Assembly (NCBI GenBank): GCA_950072105.1
Contig: CATMOE010000004.1
Coordinates: forward strand, 1-64,000
Length of the DNA stretch: 64,000 nt
From: an uncultured Dehalococcoidia bacterium
GTDB lineage: Bacteria; Chloroflexota; Dehalococcoidia; Lucifugimonadales; UBA3495
Direction: 5' to 3'
The notes under the pieces are model-generated. The model saw only the letters and a list, made by a program, of their open reading frames with translations. It ran no database searches and was not told the DNA's origin. Position 1 is the stretch's first letter; the number at the start of each line of letters is the position of its first letter. This document shows positions 51,023 through 63,030 of this stretch, in pieces. The translations under genes were made by a program, and so were the position numbers.

Positions 51023-52675
51023 TTACCCTCCTACACCTTCCACGGTAGGAGGGGGGATCTGGAATGGCGGCGTCAGATTGGGAATGGGCACCTCGATAAC
51101 TACCGGGCGTTCGGCCTTTAACGCGGTGCGCAAGGCATCTCCCAGTTCCTGGTGGCTTCCAAGCTTGATGCCCATCGCTCCGTAGACCTCGGCTAGTTGG
51201 GCGAAGTCGGGGTTGTGTAACCGGGTGCCGATGACCCGTCCCTTCAACCGGTTCTGCTGCTCGATGTGGGACGCCCCCAGCATCTCGTTGTTAAAAACCA
51301 AAGTTACCAGGTTGATGCCTTCTTGGACGGCTGTGGCCAGTTCACTGGAAGCATATCCAAAACCGCCGTCTCCGATGGTGGCCACAACTTGGCGATGTGG
51401 GTTGCCTACCTTGGCGCCCAAGGCCGTAGGAAAAGCGTAACCCAGGGTAGCGAAGTAGCTGGACGTAAGATAGGAGCGGGGCTTGAGGACCGGGAACGCC
51501 AGGTGGCTCCAGTAGCCGATATCCGTGGTACCGGCCACCATGATGGCGTCGTCGTCCAGTTCCCGGCGCATGGTCTCGATGATCTCGGTCTGCATGGGAG
51601 CCATCTCTCTGATGCGCTGGCTGGACTCTTGGCGGATGGACGCCATCTCGCCCTCGGACCACTGGCTGGTCCGAGTGTTCCCTCCCAACTCAGCAAGCAG
51701 TGCCGTTAGCCCCAGTTTGCCGTCGGAATTGATGCCAACCGTAGTCGGGTAGTTGCGGCCCATCTCCTCGGGGTCGGCGTCGATCTGGATCAGCTTTTGA
51801 TGCGGCTGGATCGCCCATGGCACCTTGGGGGCCAAGTGCAAACGGCTTCCTATCACCAGGATCACGTCGGCTTGAGGCAGGGCCAGGTAACCGGGGCCGT
51901 GGGCGTAAGCGAAGCAGCCCAACGAGTGGGGGTCGTCTTCGGGTATGGCGCCCTTGCCTTCGGCCGTGGTGATAACCGGGGCGTTCAGGGACCTGGCCAA
52001 TTCCAGCAACTCGGCGGACAGATCGGCTTCACGGGCTCCGCCGCCGGCCCAGATGACGGGGCGGCGGGCCTGAGACAGCAAAGCAGCGGCCTCTTTTATC
52101 AGACCGGGATCGGGTGAGGTTTTGGCGAAGATTTCCGGTTCCGGCAGTTCGGTATCGCCCTTACCTGGGAGCATGTCCCAGGGAATCTCGATCTCCACCG
52201 GCCTGGGCCGGCCCGTGGACAGATGCTCCATGGCGGTTTGGACCATACCGGGGATGTCTTCCACTCGGCCGGCTCGGGCACACCATTTGGTCAATTGTCG
52301 GAACACATCCAAGGACTCGCCGATCTCATGCAAGGCCCCCCGGTTCTGGCCCAGGTTATAGCTTTCGATCTGGCCGGAAACCAGAAGCACGGGTGACGAA
52401 GTGGCGTAGGCGGTGCCTAAAGCGGCGGTGGTGTTGAGGGCGCCTGGCCCAGGGACGACCAAACCCACGCCGGGCTTGCCGGTGGTGCGGGCGTATCCGT
52501 CGGCCATATAAGCGACGCCTTGTTCGTGGCGAGCTAGAACCAGGCGAATGCTGGGCTCGTGATAGAAGGCGTCGAATGCGTCCATTATCTGGACCCCAGG
52601 AAGGGCGAAAACCACTTCCACGCCGTTGCGGGCCAAGGAACCTACCAGGGCTTGAGCGCCGCTCATCTCAGGCAT
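51023..52675 (-). CDS. ThDP-dependent enzyme (acetolactate-synthase-like family)
   Basis: VFALPG, RHEQ, GPG.LN, GDGG...N motif. Confidence 0.88.
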   Translation of the reverse strand: MPEMSGAQALVGSLARNGVEVVFALPGVQIMDAFDAFYHEPSIRLVLARHEQGVAYMADGYARTTGKPGVGLVVPGPGALNTTAALGTAYATSSPVLLVSGQIESYNLGQNRGALHEIGESLDVFRQLTKWCARAGRVEDIPGMVQTAMEHLSTGRPRPVEIEIPWDMLPGKGDTELPEPEIFAKTSPDPGLIKEAAALLSQARRPVIWAGGGAREADLSAELLELARSLNAPVITTAEGKGAIPEDDPHSLGCFAYAHGPGYLALPQADVILVIGSRLHLAPKVPWAIQPHQKLIQIDADPEEMGRNYPTTVGINSDGKLGLTALLAELGGNTRTSQWSEGEMASIRQESSQRIREMAPMQTEIIETMRRELDDDAIMVAGTTDIGYWSHLAFPVLKPRSYLTSSYFATLGYAFPTALGAKVGNPHRQVVATIGDGGFGYASSELATAVQEGINLVTLVFNNEMLGASHIEQQNRLKGRVIGTRLHNPDFAQLAEVYGAMGIKLGSHQELGDALRTALKAERPVVIEVPIPNLTPPFQIPPPTVEGVGG

Positions 52676-52714
52676 GGCATACCTCTGCAGATATAGGTCG
52701 GCTATAGCCAACAC

Positions 52715-52742
52715 ATCATAAGCGACCGAGTTTCACTGTCAA
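52715..52742 (-). promoter_or_regulatory. Sigma70-like promoter candidate
   Basis: TTGACA-16 nt-TATGAT on the minus strand. Confidence 0.55.
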
Positions 52743-52910
52743 CCTGGGAAATGGCGTCGGACCTGGGGTGCTGTTGCCAAAAATCCAACCCGGTGGCAAC
52801 ATAGGTTGGCGATGTGGTTCGTGCTGTGAAATGCACACTAGGCTAGTCAATATTGCTGATTAACCGTCGGACCAAATACAGTGCAACATTTGACTGATGC
52901 GTAAATTTTT

Positions 52911-52950
52911 ACCCCCATCCTAACCTTCTCCCGTCGTGGGGAAAGGGATT
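52911..52950. repeat. REP-like element, uninterrupted copy
   Basis: ACCCCCATCCTAACCTTCTCCCGTCGTGGGGAAAGGG; homologous to 44998-45061. Confidence 0.7.
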
Positions 52951-53053
52951 CGGCTTCTCCTTATTACGTGGGTAAAGTTTGTGGGGTGCTGGGCAGTCTA
53001 TTAGATCCAGTCGGTTAACTATGATCAACTCTGCAAAAAAAAGGCGGGCATTG

Positions 53054-54256
53054 ATGACAACTAAACCCTTCCGTTCCGTGGCTTTGCCGGTCCGGGTGCA
53101 TGGTGGACCCAATGTTATTGCACGTTTGTCCGATGAGGTTGACCGCCTGCGGGCGCAGCGTGTTTTCGTGGTCTGCGGCCAGACGGTGGCCCACAAAACC
53201 GATCTGCTGGACCGGGTGAAAGAGTCCTTGGGGGGAAAGTTCGCCGGGGTGTTCGATGCCGTTCAGGCCAGTTCTCCACTGCCATCGGTGGAACTGGCCA
53301 CTGCCCAAGCCAGAGACGCCAAGGCCGACCTCATCGTGGCGCTGGGTGGGGGCAGCGCCGTGGTCACCACCCGTGCGCTCATAATCCTGCTGGCGGAAGG
53401 AGGCCGGGCCCAGGACCACGCCACCCAATATCCGCCGGGCCAACCGCCGGTTAGCCCGCGCTTGATGAAACCCAAGATTCCCAACATAGTGGTGTTGACC
53501 ACCCCAACCACGGCGGTCACCCGCGCCGGAACGGCGGTGCTGGACCTGGAGACCGGGCATCGAGTCGAGCTTTTCGATCCCAAAACCCGCCCGGCGGCCG
53601 TGTTTTTAGACACAGATGCCCTGCTGACAGCTCCAACCTGGTTATGCTTAAGCGCCGCCGCCTCCTGCTTCAGCGGTGTGGTCGGGGCGTTGCAGTCGCC
53701 GGAGCAGGCCAACCCGCTGGCCGAGGGCGATCTTATCCAGGCCCTTGGCCTCCTGCGGCGAGACATGCAACTGGTAAAATCCCAAGAGGAAAGCGGCCGA
53801 TCCCGCGTCAACCTTTGCGCCGCGGCGATCTTGATGAACCGGGCCATGGATAGCGGAGCCGGTGGCGGCGGGCTCGGGGTGGTCAGTTCCTTGGCCCACT
53901 CCCTGGATAGCGGCTACCCGGAGTGCAGCCACGGTGATGCCTATGCCGTCCTGACGGCTCCGGGGATCGCGTTCAACAGGGACTTCAACCTGGCTGGACA
54001 GGCCAGGCTCGCCTCGATCATGGGAGTGATGAACGGGGATATGGATGACCGGCGGGGAGCGGATGCGGCAGCCGCCGCCGTGGCGGAGACTTACCGGCAG
54101 TTGGAGATGCCTTCCAGACTTCGGGAAGTGGGCGTGCCTGAAGACGGCGTCAAACAGATCGCTGTCGACTCGATGACCGACTTCGGGATAACCCGTAACG
54201 TGCGCCCGGTGAAAGACGCCGCCGAACTGGATGAGTTACTAAAGCAAATCTGGTAG
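53054..54256 (+). CDS. Iron-containing alcohol dehydrogenase superfamily protein (divergent metal site)
   Basis: ALGGGS, PTT, D..L...P, LAH.L...HG, P..L.EVGV. Confidence 0.8.
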   Translation: MTTKPFRSVALPVRVHGGPNVIARLSDEVDRLRAQRVFVVCGQTVAHKTDLLDRVKESLGGKFAGVFDAVQASSPLPSVELATAQARDAKADLIVALGGGSAVVTTRALIILLAEGGRAQDHATQYPPGQPPVSPRLMKPKIPNIVVLTTPTTAVTRAGTAVLDLETGHRVELFDPKTRPAAVFLDTDALLTAPTWLCLSAAASCFSGVVGALQSPEQANPLAEGDLIQALGLLRRDMQLVKSQEESGRSRVNLCAAAILMNRAMDSGAGGGGLGVVSSLAHSLDSGYPECSHGDAYAVLTAPGIAFNRDFNLAGQARLASIMGVMNGDMDDRRGADAAAAAVAETYRQLEMPSRLREVGVPEDGVKQIAVDSMTDFGITRNVRPVKDAAELDELLKQIW

Positions 54257-54308
54257 CCTGATCAAAGGCCGGGCCGATCGGACAAGACATAACCGGGAGG
54301 GAGCAACC

Positions 54309-55859
54309 GTGCAATATGACTTTATAGTGGTTGGGGCGGGTTCAGCCGGCTGCGTGCTGGCTACCAGGCTGTCGGAGGACAGCAGCAAGTCGGTGCTGCT
54401 CCTGGAGGCCGGACCGGATTATCCGGAGTACGAGAATCTGCCTGTGGACCTGAAGCAAGGCAACAACGTTTGGCGTTCGGCTTACGGCCCACATAGCTGG
54501 GATTACCGGGCCACTGCGACACCGTTACAACCGGAGCCGATCGTCATTCCCAGGGGCAAGGCTACAGGCGGCTCCAGCGCAATAAACGGTCAGGTGCTCT
54601 TCCGGGGTGTGCCCGAAGACTACGACAACTGGGCTGCATGGGGGAACACGGAGTGGGGGTTTACCAAAGTTCTCCCCTATTTCCGCAAGCTGGAAAATGA
54701 CTTGGATTTTCGTGGAGACGATTTCCACGGCAACGAGGGACCCATCCCGGTGAGGCGCCCCAAATTGGAGGAAACGCTCCCGGCCTTTAAGTCCTTCTAC
54801 GCTACCTGCGTGGAGATGGGGTTCCCAGTGGACCCGGACCAAAACCATCCCGACTCCAACGGAATCGCATTACGGCCTTTGAACAACATCGACGGTGTGC
54901 GGATGAGCGCGGCGCTGACCTACCTCACATTGGCGCGGCACCGGCTGAACGTTACTATCCGAGGCGGTGTTACGGCCCGGCGCATCATCTTCGAAGGAAA
55001 GAAAGCGGTAGGCGTTGAGGCGGAAAGCGGTGGCGAAACATTCATCGTCAATGGCGACCAGATCGTGGTGAGCAGCGGCGCCGTGGCATCACCCCAACTG
55101 TTGATGCTGTCCGGGGTAGGTCCGGCGGAGCACCTGGCGGAAATGGGGATCAACCTGGTCCATGATCTGCCTGGAGTCGGCCAGAACCTGCGCGACCACC
55201 CGGCGGCCTTTATCCTCCTTCGAGGCACTGGGGAATCTCCCGATGAAGACGCACCCAACATCCAGGTGGGCCTGCGTTTCAGTAACCCGGGGTCGCCCAC
55301 CAGGGCTGACTTCCAGTTGGCCCCCATTCTCATGAGCAGCGAGCACCGCCCGGCCAGCGTAAAAATTGAAAGCGATGACTTCCATTTTGGCCTTAGCTGC
55401 GCCCTGCAGAACGCCACCTCGGCGGGTCAATTGAGGCTTGCCTCCACCGACCCCCACGTACAACCCGATCTGAACTACGACTATTTGTCGGATCCCGGCG
55501 ACCGGGCCCGGATGCGGGAGGCCCTACGTCTAGCCCTAAAGATATCAGAGCATCCCTCGTTCAGCGGGATGGTGTTGGAACGCCTGAACCCCACCGACGA
55601 GGACTTGGTGTCCGACGACACTTTGGACGACTGGATGTTGCGCAACGCCTACACCCAGCACCATACGTCCGGGACTTGCAAGATGGGAGAGGCTTCGGAC
55701 ACCATGGCGGTGGTAGACCAGTTCTGTCACGTCCACGGCATGCAAAACCTGCGGGTGGTGGACGCCTCGGTCATGCCCGATGTTATCCGGGCCAACACGA
55801 ATGCGACTACCCTGATGATCGCCGAACGGGTAGCCGACTGGATAAAAGAAGGCCGGTAG
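54309..55859 (+). CDS. GMC oxidoreductase
   Basis: [49 protein letters not shown]. Confidence 0.92.
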   Translation: MQYDFIVVGAGSAGCVLATRLSEDSSKSVLLLEAGPDYPEYENLPVDLKQGNNVWRSAYGPHSWDYRATATPLQPEPIVIPRGKATGGSSAINGQVLFRGVPEDYDNWAAWGNTEWGFTKVLPYFRKLENDLDFRGDDFHGNEGPIPVRRPKLEETLPAFKSFYATCVEMGFPVDPDQNHPDSNGIALRPLNNIDGVRMSAALTYLTLARHRLNVTIRGGVTARRIIFEGKKAVGVEAESGGETFIVNGDQIVVSSGAVASPQLLMLSGVGPAEHLAEMGINLVHDLPGVGQNLRDHPAAFILLRGTGESPDEDAPNIQVGLRFSNPGSPTRADFQLAPILMSSEHRPASVKIESDDFHFGLSCALQNATSAGQLRLASTDPHVQPDLNYDYLSDPGDRARMREALRLALKISEHPSFSGMVLERLNPTDEDLVSDDTLDDWMLRNAYTQHHTSGTCKMGEASDTMAVVDQFCHVHGMQNLRVVDASVMPDVIRANTNATTLMIAERVADWIKEGR

Positions 55860-55923
55860 GGTATCCAACTCCAGTCCCAGCCGATAGAATCAGATAGCAA
55901 TCTTGTCACAGGATGGTTCTTCT

Positions 55924-57345
<1,422 letters not shown>

Positions 57346-57367
57346 GCGGGACGGCCCCAACCCCCGG

Positions 57368-57766
57368 TCACCAGAGAGGTAGGTCGCGCTCCTTGGCAAC
57401 TTCTAAGCAAGTGGGACACCGGGCCGCTTCGGCGTGATTCTTGGCATCCCAAACGTTCTCGCCCCTTAGTCCGCACAGGTAAAGAGGCTCTATCTCCTCT
57501 ATTCCCATGTCCTCTACGTAGTGAACCTCGCCGCTCATGGCCGCAGTTGGCCACCACCAAGGAGTAATACTGGCTGACAGGTCGCTAAGGGATGCCCTGA
57601 AGCTATCGAGCCAGCCCTCTTCGGGCAGTTCAACCATCCAGCGCCGGCCTGATGGACCGGCCTCACGGGACGCCTTCAGTTCACCGTTGCGTATGCATTC
57701 CCGGATGTCTGCCTGAGACAGATTTAGCCGGTAACTGGCGTCCTGAATAGAAAGTTTCTCCACCAT
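57368..57766 (-). CDS. Excisionase/MerR-like HTH fused to H-C-CxxC zinc finger
   Basis: LSI.DA...LNLS...IR..I.NGELKA; VH...LCG...CPTC; GGAGG RBS. Confidence 0.65.
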   Translation of the reverse strand: MVEKLSIQDASYRLNLSQADIRECIRNGELKASREAGPSGRRWMVELPEEGWLDSFRASLSDLSASITPWWWPTAAMSGEVHYVEDMGIEEIEPLYLCGLRGENVWDAKNHAEAARCPTCLEVAKERDLPLW

Positions 57767-58043
57767 TTCCTCCGGTTGGTCCCCAAGTGATCTGGACTGG
57801 ACCCGCAAGAGTGCGGTGCGCCGAATGACGGTTATCGCTCCCTTGAGGCTTTAAGAGTCTAGGCGAATCCCCGCGTCTCCGCAAGGGAAATGCTCCGCGG
57901 CTTGTCCCCAGGTTTCTTTGGGGTCCCCCTGACACCATGATCGGTGGGCTAGCCGGAATTATTCGGAGCCGAATAATCGGGGCGGGAACTTTTCTGACAT
58001 CATGATCGTCTATATTGGTAGAATACAGGACCGAGGTGAGGTA

Positions 58044-59232
58044 ATGAGGAAGCTATTGGCAGTTCTGGGGTTGCTAACCCTTCTGATCGTTCTGGCTTGC
58101 AGCCCGAGCGAAGGCCGGACCAAGGAGAGTTTTCCGTCATCATCGGTCACGAATCAGGATGACGGCGGGTTCTCCCGCTTAGTAGAGCAAGCAGTCGCCG
58201 CCGCCCCGATGGCTCCGCTGGCGCCCCGAGGGAGATGCGCTCCGAAATGCAAGTTCTCGCGAAGGTAGAGTCGGAATCCGCCGGGGGGGCCTCTGGCGCC
58301 TTGGAAATTGCCGAGCCGAAGGTCATATCCACGGCCTTCCTGTCGATAGAAGTCGATCTAGTGGAAGCGGCTACCACCCAAGTACGAGATATAGCCGATA
58401 GCCTGGGCGGGTTCCTGGAGAACCTGAACAGTTCCGGCGCTGATGAGGGCCAACAGGCGAATATGACCGTTCGCGTCCCTCAAGCCCAGTTTTCCGACGC
58501 GGTGGAGCGCATCGAGTTGGTAGGCAAGGTGCAAAGCAAGAACCTGGGGTCCGAGGACGTGTCCGAGAGGTTCATCGACTTGCAAGCCCATTTGAAAAGC
58601 TCCATTCGAGAAGAGGAGAGCCTTCTGTCCCTGTTGGGACGGACGACTACCGTGAGCGAAGTCCTGACCATCGAGCGGGAGCTTACCAGAGTCAGGTCTA
58701 ACATCGAGCGGTTCCAGGGTCAGTTGAACTTCCTGGAGCGTAGGATCGACCTGGCAACGATCACCGTGTCTCTGTTCTCTCCGGATAAGGCATCGGGCGA
58801 GCCGCCTTCGGCTTCCATGCGAATAGAGGTCAACGGCGTTACCGATCATGTGGACGCGGTCAAGTCGCTGGTGGCCTCATCCAATGGGGTGTGGTGGACT
58901 CTGTTCTGGTGTCGCTGCGCAACGGAAAAGAGAGCGCGGTTATGACCGTTCCCGTGTTCTCCGACGACTTCAACTCAACCGTGGGATTCCTAGAAGACCA
59001 AGGCAGGGTGCGCAGCAAGGATGTGCAAGAAGGAAAACCGGGCGAGGATGGCGCGGCGTCCCCGGAAGAAAAGCCCAGGGCCAGGATCGACCTGACGTTT
59101 GTCGAGGACAGCAACTCGGTCAATATCGGCTTGATGGTGGCCATTGCCGCGCCCATCGGCGCGTTGGCCCTTGGAGTGATTCTGGGGATCGGATTCTTTG
59201 GTGTTTACCGCCGCGGAGGCAGGACTTCTTAA
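58044..59232 (+). pseudogene. DUF4349-like lipoprotein split by two -1 frameshifts (possibly sequencing errors)
   Basis: LACS lipobox; T.RVP...F, EDVS..F.D....L, E.EL..V...IE...GQ...L; three overlapping ORFs rejoin by adding one C in CCCC (~58224) and one G in GGGG (~58886). Confidence 0.75.
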
Positions 59233-59312
59233 CTTCGGCTGCCCCATACCCCAGGATATTTTGTCTTCATCCAGTAGCGCTCCGGATACTTGGTCCGCGG
59301 CGCTACTGCTAT

Positions 59313-61028
59313 CTAGCCCTGCTGCTGTCCGGAGTTTTGTGTTAGAGGGTCTTCTAAGGTATCGGCCAAGGACCCGCCCGGCGGCACCATGGGATAGAGG
59401 TTGGTGGTGGGATCCACGACGAACTCGATCAAGAATGGCCCGTCGTGGTCCTGGGCGCGGCGCAACGCCGGCATCACATCCTCCCGGTCATCCACCCGCA
59501 ACGCCTCAATACCGTATGCCTGGGCTAGCTTGACATAATCGGGGCCCGGTATCGGCACCGCCTTGAGGTGGTTCTGGAAAAACATCTCCTGCCACTGTCG
59601 TACCATTCCCAAATAACCGTTGTTGAACACCGCTATCTTTACCGGAAGCTTCTCTTCAGTTACCGTCGCTAACTCTTGCAGAGTCATCTGGAACCCGCCG
59701 TCTCCCGCGATGCTCCAAACCGGCGCGCCGGGCCGCCCGGCCTGCACTCCCATGGCCGCAGGCAGTTCGTAGCCCATGGTGCCCAAACCTCCCGACGAAA
59801 CGAAAGAGTTGCAGCGGTCGAAGAATAGGAACTGGGCCGCCCACATCTGGTGCTGGCCCACCCCGGTGACCACGACGGTCTCAGGGTTTTCCTGGATCAG
59901 TTCGTTCAAGTCCCGGAGAACGTGCTGAGCTTGGAGTTTATCGCTGCTGGGGATGGCCAAAGAGGGATGGTCCCGTTTCATTCCTTCGATGTGGCCCACC
60001 CAGTCGGGCCGTTCCTTCCCCTTTACCAAGGGCAACAACGCTTGCAAGACAGTCTTGGCGTCGCCCACCAGCGGTACTTCCACCGGCACGTTTCGGCCTA
60101 CTTGAGAGGCCTCAATGTCCAAGTGGATGATACGGGCATGAGGGGCGAACGTTGAAGCTTTGCCGGTAACGCGGTCGTCGAACCGCATGGCCAGGCCCAC
60201 GATCACGTCGGCCTGGTCTACCGCCATGTTGGCCCAATACATGCCGTGCATTCCCAACATTCCCAGATTCAGGGGATGGTTCCCGGGGAAACCGCTCAAG
60301 CCAAGCAACGTGGTGATTACCGGAATACCCGTGGTTTCGGCCAGGGCTTGAACCTCCGCTGAAGCCCCGGAGGCGATGATACCGTGGCCGCTGATGATCA
60401 CCGGTCTCTCGGCGTCGTTGATCAATCGGGCTGCCTGTTGAATCCCTTCCAGGGTTTCGTCGGATAGGGGCGGTATTTCGGTCTTCGAGGCTTCAGGGAA
60501 CTCGACTTCCGCTTCTTCCAGTTGAACGTCCCTGGGGACGTCGACCAAAACCGGCCCCGGCCGGCCTTCGCGGGCGACCTGGAAGGCCTCCCGCATGACG
60601 TTGGGCAGGTCCCGGGCGTTCATAACCATGAAGGTTGCCTTGGTGCAAGGAGAGACGATGGCGCAGGTGTCGCACTCTTGGAAAGCCTCGGAGCCTAGGG
60701 AGGGGCGGGCAACCTGTCCGGTGATGGCCACCATGGGTACCGAATCGGCCTTGGCTGCCATGATGCCGGTGACCAGATTAGTTGCCCCTGGTCCCGATGT
60801 GGCAACGCAGACCCCAACCTTCCCGGTGACCCTCGCGTAGCCGTCGGCCGCGTGAGCCGCAGCCTGCTCATGGCGAACAAGAATGTGGCGGAGTTGAGGG
60901 TAACCCCAGAGGGCATCGTAAAAGGGGAGAATCGCCCCGCCGGGGTGGCCGAATATCACCTCTACCCCTTCCCGCAGTAGGCTTTCGCATATGATTGCCG
61001 AACCCTTGATCTTCAAAAGGGCCTCCAA
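59313..61028 (-). CDS. ilvB: Acetolactate synthase large subunit
   Basis: FG.PGGAILP.YD, RHEQ.A.H.ADGYAR, TSGPGATN, GMLGMHG, VGQHQMW, GDG, GMVRQWQ. Confidence 0.95.
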   Translation of the reverse strand: MEALLKIKGSAIICESLLREGVEVIFGHPGGAILPFYDALWGYPQLRHILVRHEQAAAHAADGYARVTGKVGVCVATSGPGATNLVTGIMAAKADSVPMVAITGQVARPSLGSEAFQECDTCAIVSPCTKATFMVMNARDLPNVMREAFQVAREGRPGPVLVDVPRDVQLEEAEVEFPEASKTEIPPLSDETLEGIQQAARLINDAERPVIISGHGIIASGASAEVQALAETTGIPVITTLLGLSGFPGNHPLNLGMLGMHGMYWANMAVDQADVIVGLAMRFDDRVTGKASTFAPHARIIHLDIEASQVGRNVPVEVPLVGDAKTVLQALLPLVKGKERPDWVGHIEGMKRDHPSLAIPSSDKLQAQHVLRDLNELIQENPETVVVTGVGQHQMWAAQFLFFDRCNSFVSSGGLGTMGYELPAAMGVQAGRPGAPVWSIAGDGGFQMTLQELATVTEEKLPVKIAVFNNGYLGMVRQWQEMFFQNHLKAVPIPGPDYVKLAQAYGIEALRVDDREDVMPALRRAQDHDGPFLIEFVVDPTTNLYPMVPPGGSLADTLEDPLTQNSGQQQG

Positions 61029-61183
61029 AAGACGCGCTGTCCCTGGTTAGTGCAGTTTAATCCTCTATCGTGTCCGTTGCTCGCGTCCACCGCTACTTAT
61101 TCCGCCGGATTTTGATACCTGGTTAAGCCTTTGCTTTTGAGCCGATGCCCGTCAACCGGAACTTGATGTCCAGATTTTCTAAA

Positions 61184-61463
61184 CATAAAAAAGCCCCGGC
61201 CCTGATAGGGACGGGACGGAAAGTCGCCCGCGGTACCACCCTAATTGCCCCGGCTAACCGGGACCTCTCATTTAGGACACTAACATGTCCCACCGCTTCT
61301 AACGGGCGGCGATTCCGGCCTGGCTTACGCTCCCTCACCCGTAAGTGGGGGGTTCAGCTGGCAGCTCCGGAGGGATATTCGGTGAAGATCGATGCGCCTG
61401 CTTCCACCGTACCAGGCTCGCTATCCACCTACCCTTACCTACTCGTCTCCATCACAGCTATTA
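61184..61463 (-). ncRNA. T-box riboswitch (probable Ile specifier AUC) with intrinsic terminator
   Basis: Minus strand: Stem I with AGUA/GAA loop-E, AGCGA and GGUG boxes, GAAU-AUC-C specifier loop, AAUUAGGGUGGUACCGCG T-box, GC hairpin plus U-tract. Confidence 0.92.
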
Positions 61464-61469
61464 GCGAAA

Positions 61470-61499
61470 ATCGTACCATTTAGAGGGCTTAACTGTCAA
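61470..61499 (-). promoter_or_regulatory. Sigma70 promoter of the T-box/ilvB transcript
   Basis: TTGACA-18 nt-TACGAT with TG extension, immediately 5' of Stem I. Confidence 0.75.
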
Positions 61500-61545
61500 A
61501 TAACCCATCGACTAAGATGGCAATGGTCTGGACACCTTCAAGACC

Positions 61546-62742
61546 TTAATCGCCGTTGCCAGAGAGCGCGATGCCGATCCACCAATGGCGTCCCCTGGCC
61601 TTCCGTTGACGAACGAAGCCCATCTCCGATAGGTTTATGCCGAAGTCCCGCTGGCGGAGTGGTTTCTGATCGTTTTCGTCGCACCACCTCAAGTAGGCGA
61701 TGTACAGCTCACGGGCCGTGGCTGCGTGCTTGTCGGCGGTTTCACAGCATTCTTCCACAAACCGGCCGATCAAGGAGTTCACGCTAATTGGCAGACTCGG
61801 CCCCGGTTCCCCGTCGGCGTTATCCTCGGGTTCGCTGCCGCCTTTCTCGCCGGCTGCATCTTCCTCCAACGGGTTCTCTGGTATTTCGCTGTGCGGCTCA
61901 AGCGAGGCCTCGTCCTCGCCCCCGGTTTGTTCCGCGATGACGTCCTCAACCCGCCCGTTCTCACTGGTTTCTTGGATTGAACCCGACCCATTGATAAGAA
62001 CTCCGGAGTCGATCTGGTCCTCCAAGGCGAAGGGTAGATCGGTTGACATTGGCAGCGCAGTATCCGGTACAGGGTCGATGAAGTCTTCCGTTGGCAGGAT
62101 TGGAGTTTTGGGTAGGGATTCATTGCAGGGGGCGGATTTCCCGTTGGCCACGGAGAATTTATTTTTGGTTGGGGTGGCCGGCGGCGATTGCGACGGGGAT
62201 GACATCAACCAGTCTTGCTGCGCCGCCGGCCCAGTTAGCCAATTTCCCAGGGCCCGGCGATGGCGGGGCTCCAGGTCTACGCCCAGGCTGTTCGCCAATC
62301 GGTCCATGAAGTTGGTAAGACACACTACCAAAACAACGTCCAGGATCTGAGACTCTTCTAGACCGGCGTCCCGAAGTTGTTCCACGTCGTTTTCGGTCAG
62401 GGCGCCGGGGACCTGGGTAATCTGTACCGCGAAGTCCAATATACGGCGGTCAGTGGAAGACAGAGGGGCCTGGGTATAGTCGGAAAGAAAGTGGCTGGCC
62501 ATTTCCAGGTCTTGCGAGTGGCGGCGGAGGAAGCCCGCATGGGTCATTGCCCCATACCGGCATCTGTTGGCCACCGAAACAACCGTGGCGATCGCCTCTT
62601 CCTGAACCCGGCTCAAGCCCGAGTTTCCGAATGAGATAACTTCATTCAGGCGTTTCACCACGTCCAGCGCTTCGGGTTTAAGGGACATCGCCTGGAAAAT
62701 CGCGGGCACGTCCGGTAGTTCCGACTCTTCGATCCAAGCCAT
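61546..62742 (-). CDS. AhpD/CMD-like peroxidase-related domain + acidic linker + primase-type C-terminal winged helix
   Basis: LS....E.IA.VVS..NxCxY...H, NF..RLA..LG; C-terminal F.EECC...ELY.AY..WC.EN...PL....FG..L...GF...R......W.GI.L. Confidence 0.75.
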   Translation of the reverse strand: MAWIEESELPDVPAIFQAMSLKPEALDVVKRLNEVISFGNSGLSRVQEEAIATVVSVANRCRYGAMTHAGFLRRHSQDLEMASHFLSDYTQAPLSSTDRRILDFAVQITQVPGALTENDVEQLRDAGLEESQILDVVLVVCLTNFMDRLANSLGVDLEPRHRRALGNWLTGPAAQQDWLMSSPSQSPPATPTKNKFSVANGKSAPCNESLPKTPILPTEDFIDPVPDTALPMSTDLPFALEDQIDSGVLINGSGSIQETSENGRVEDVIAEQTGGEDEASLEPHSEIPENPLEEDAAGEKGGSEPEDNADGEPGPSLPISVNSLIGRFVEECCETADKHAATARELYIAYLRWCDENDQKPLRQRDFGINLSEMGFVRQRKARGRHWWIGIALSGNGD

Positions 62743-63030
62743 ATCAATTCCCATATGCCGGGACTTGGGCGGCGCGATGTGCCGCCTTAAGAACGCCGTT
62801 CCCGGTGCTGCGGTGTAACTCTTTCGCTGAGGCCGGTTGAAGGGGAATCGTCCGGCCTCGGCCACATAGTATTAGCTGTCAGGTATATTCCCATACTAGA
62901 ACACGGTCATCTTGTTTCAAGCCGCCGTTGCGACCCAAATGGTTTTGCTTGCTTAATCGAGGGCGATAACGGGCAAACCGCCCCACGAACGGGGAGAGGG
63001 TTTTCTGGAGCGAGAAGTTGTTGTGGTAGT

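Noticed and set aside
62545..62575. Selenocysteine at the second position of the AhpD CxxC
   Set aside because: The codon is GGG (Gly), not TGA
62965..63005. c-di-GMP-I riboswitch (GGGCAAACC...)
   Set aside because: Lacks the GNRA loop and downstream GCAAAG/P2 elements
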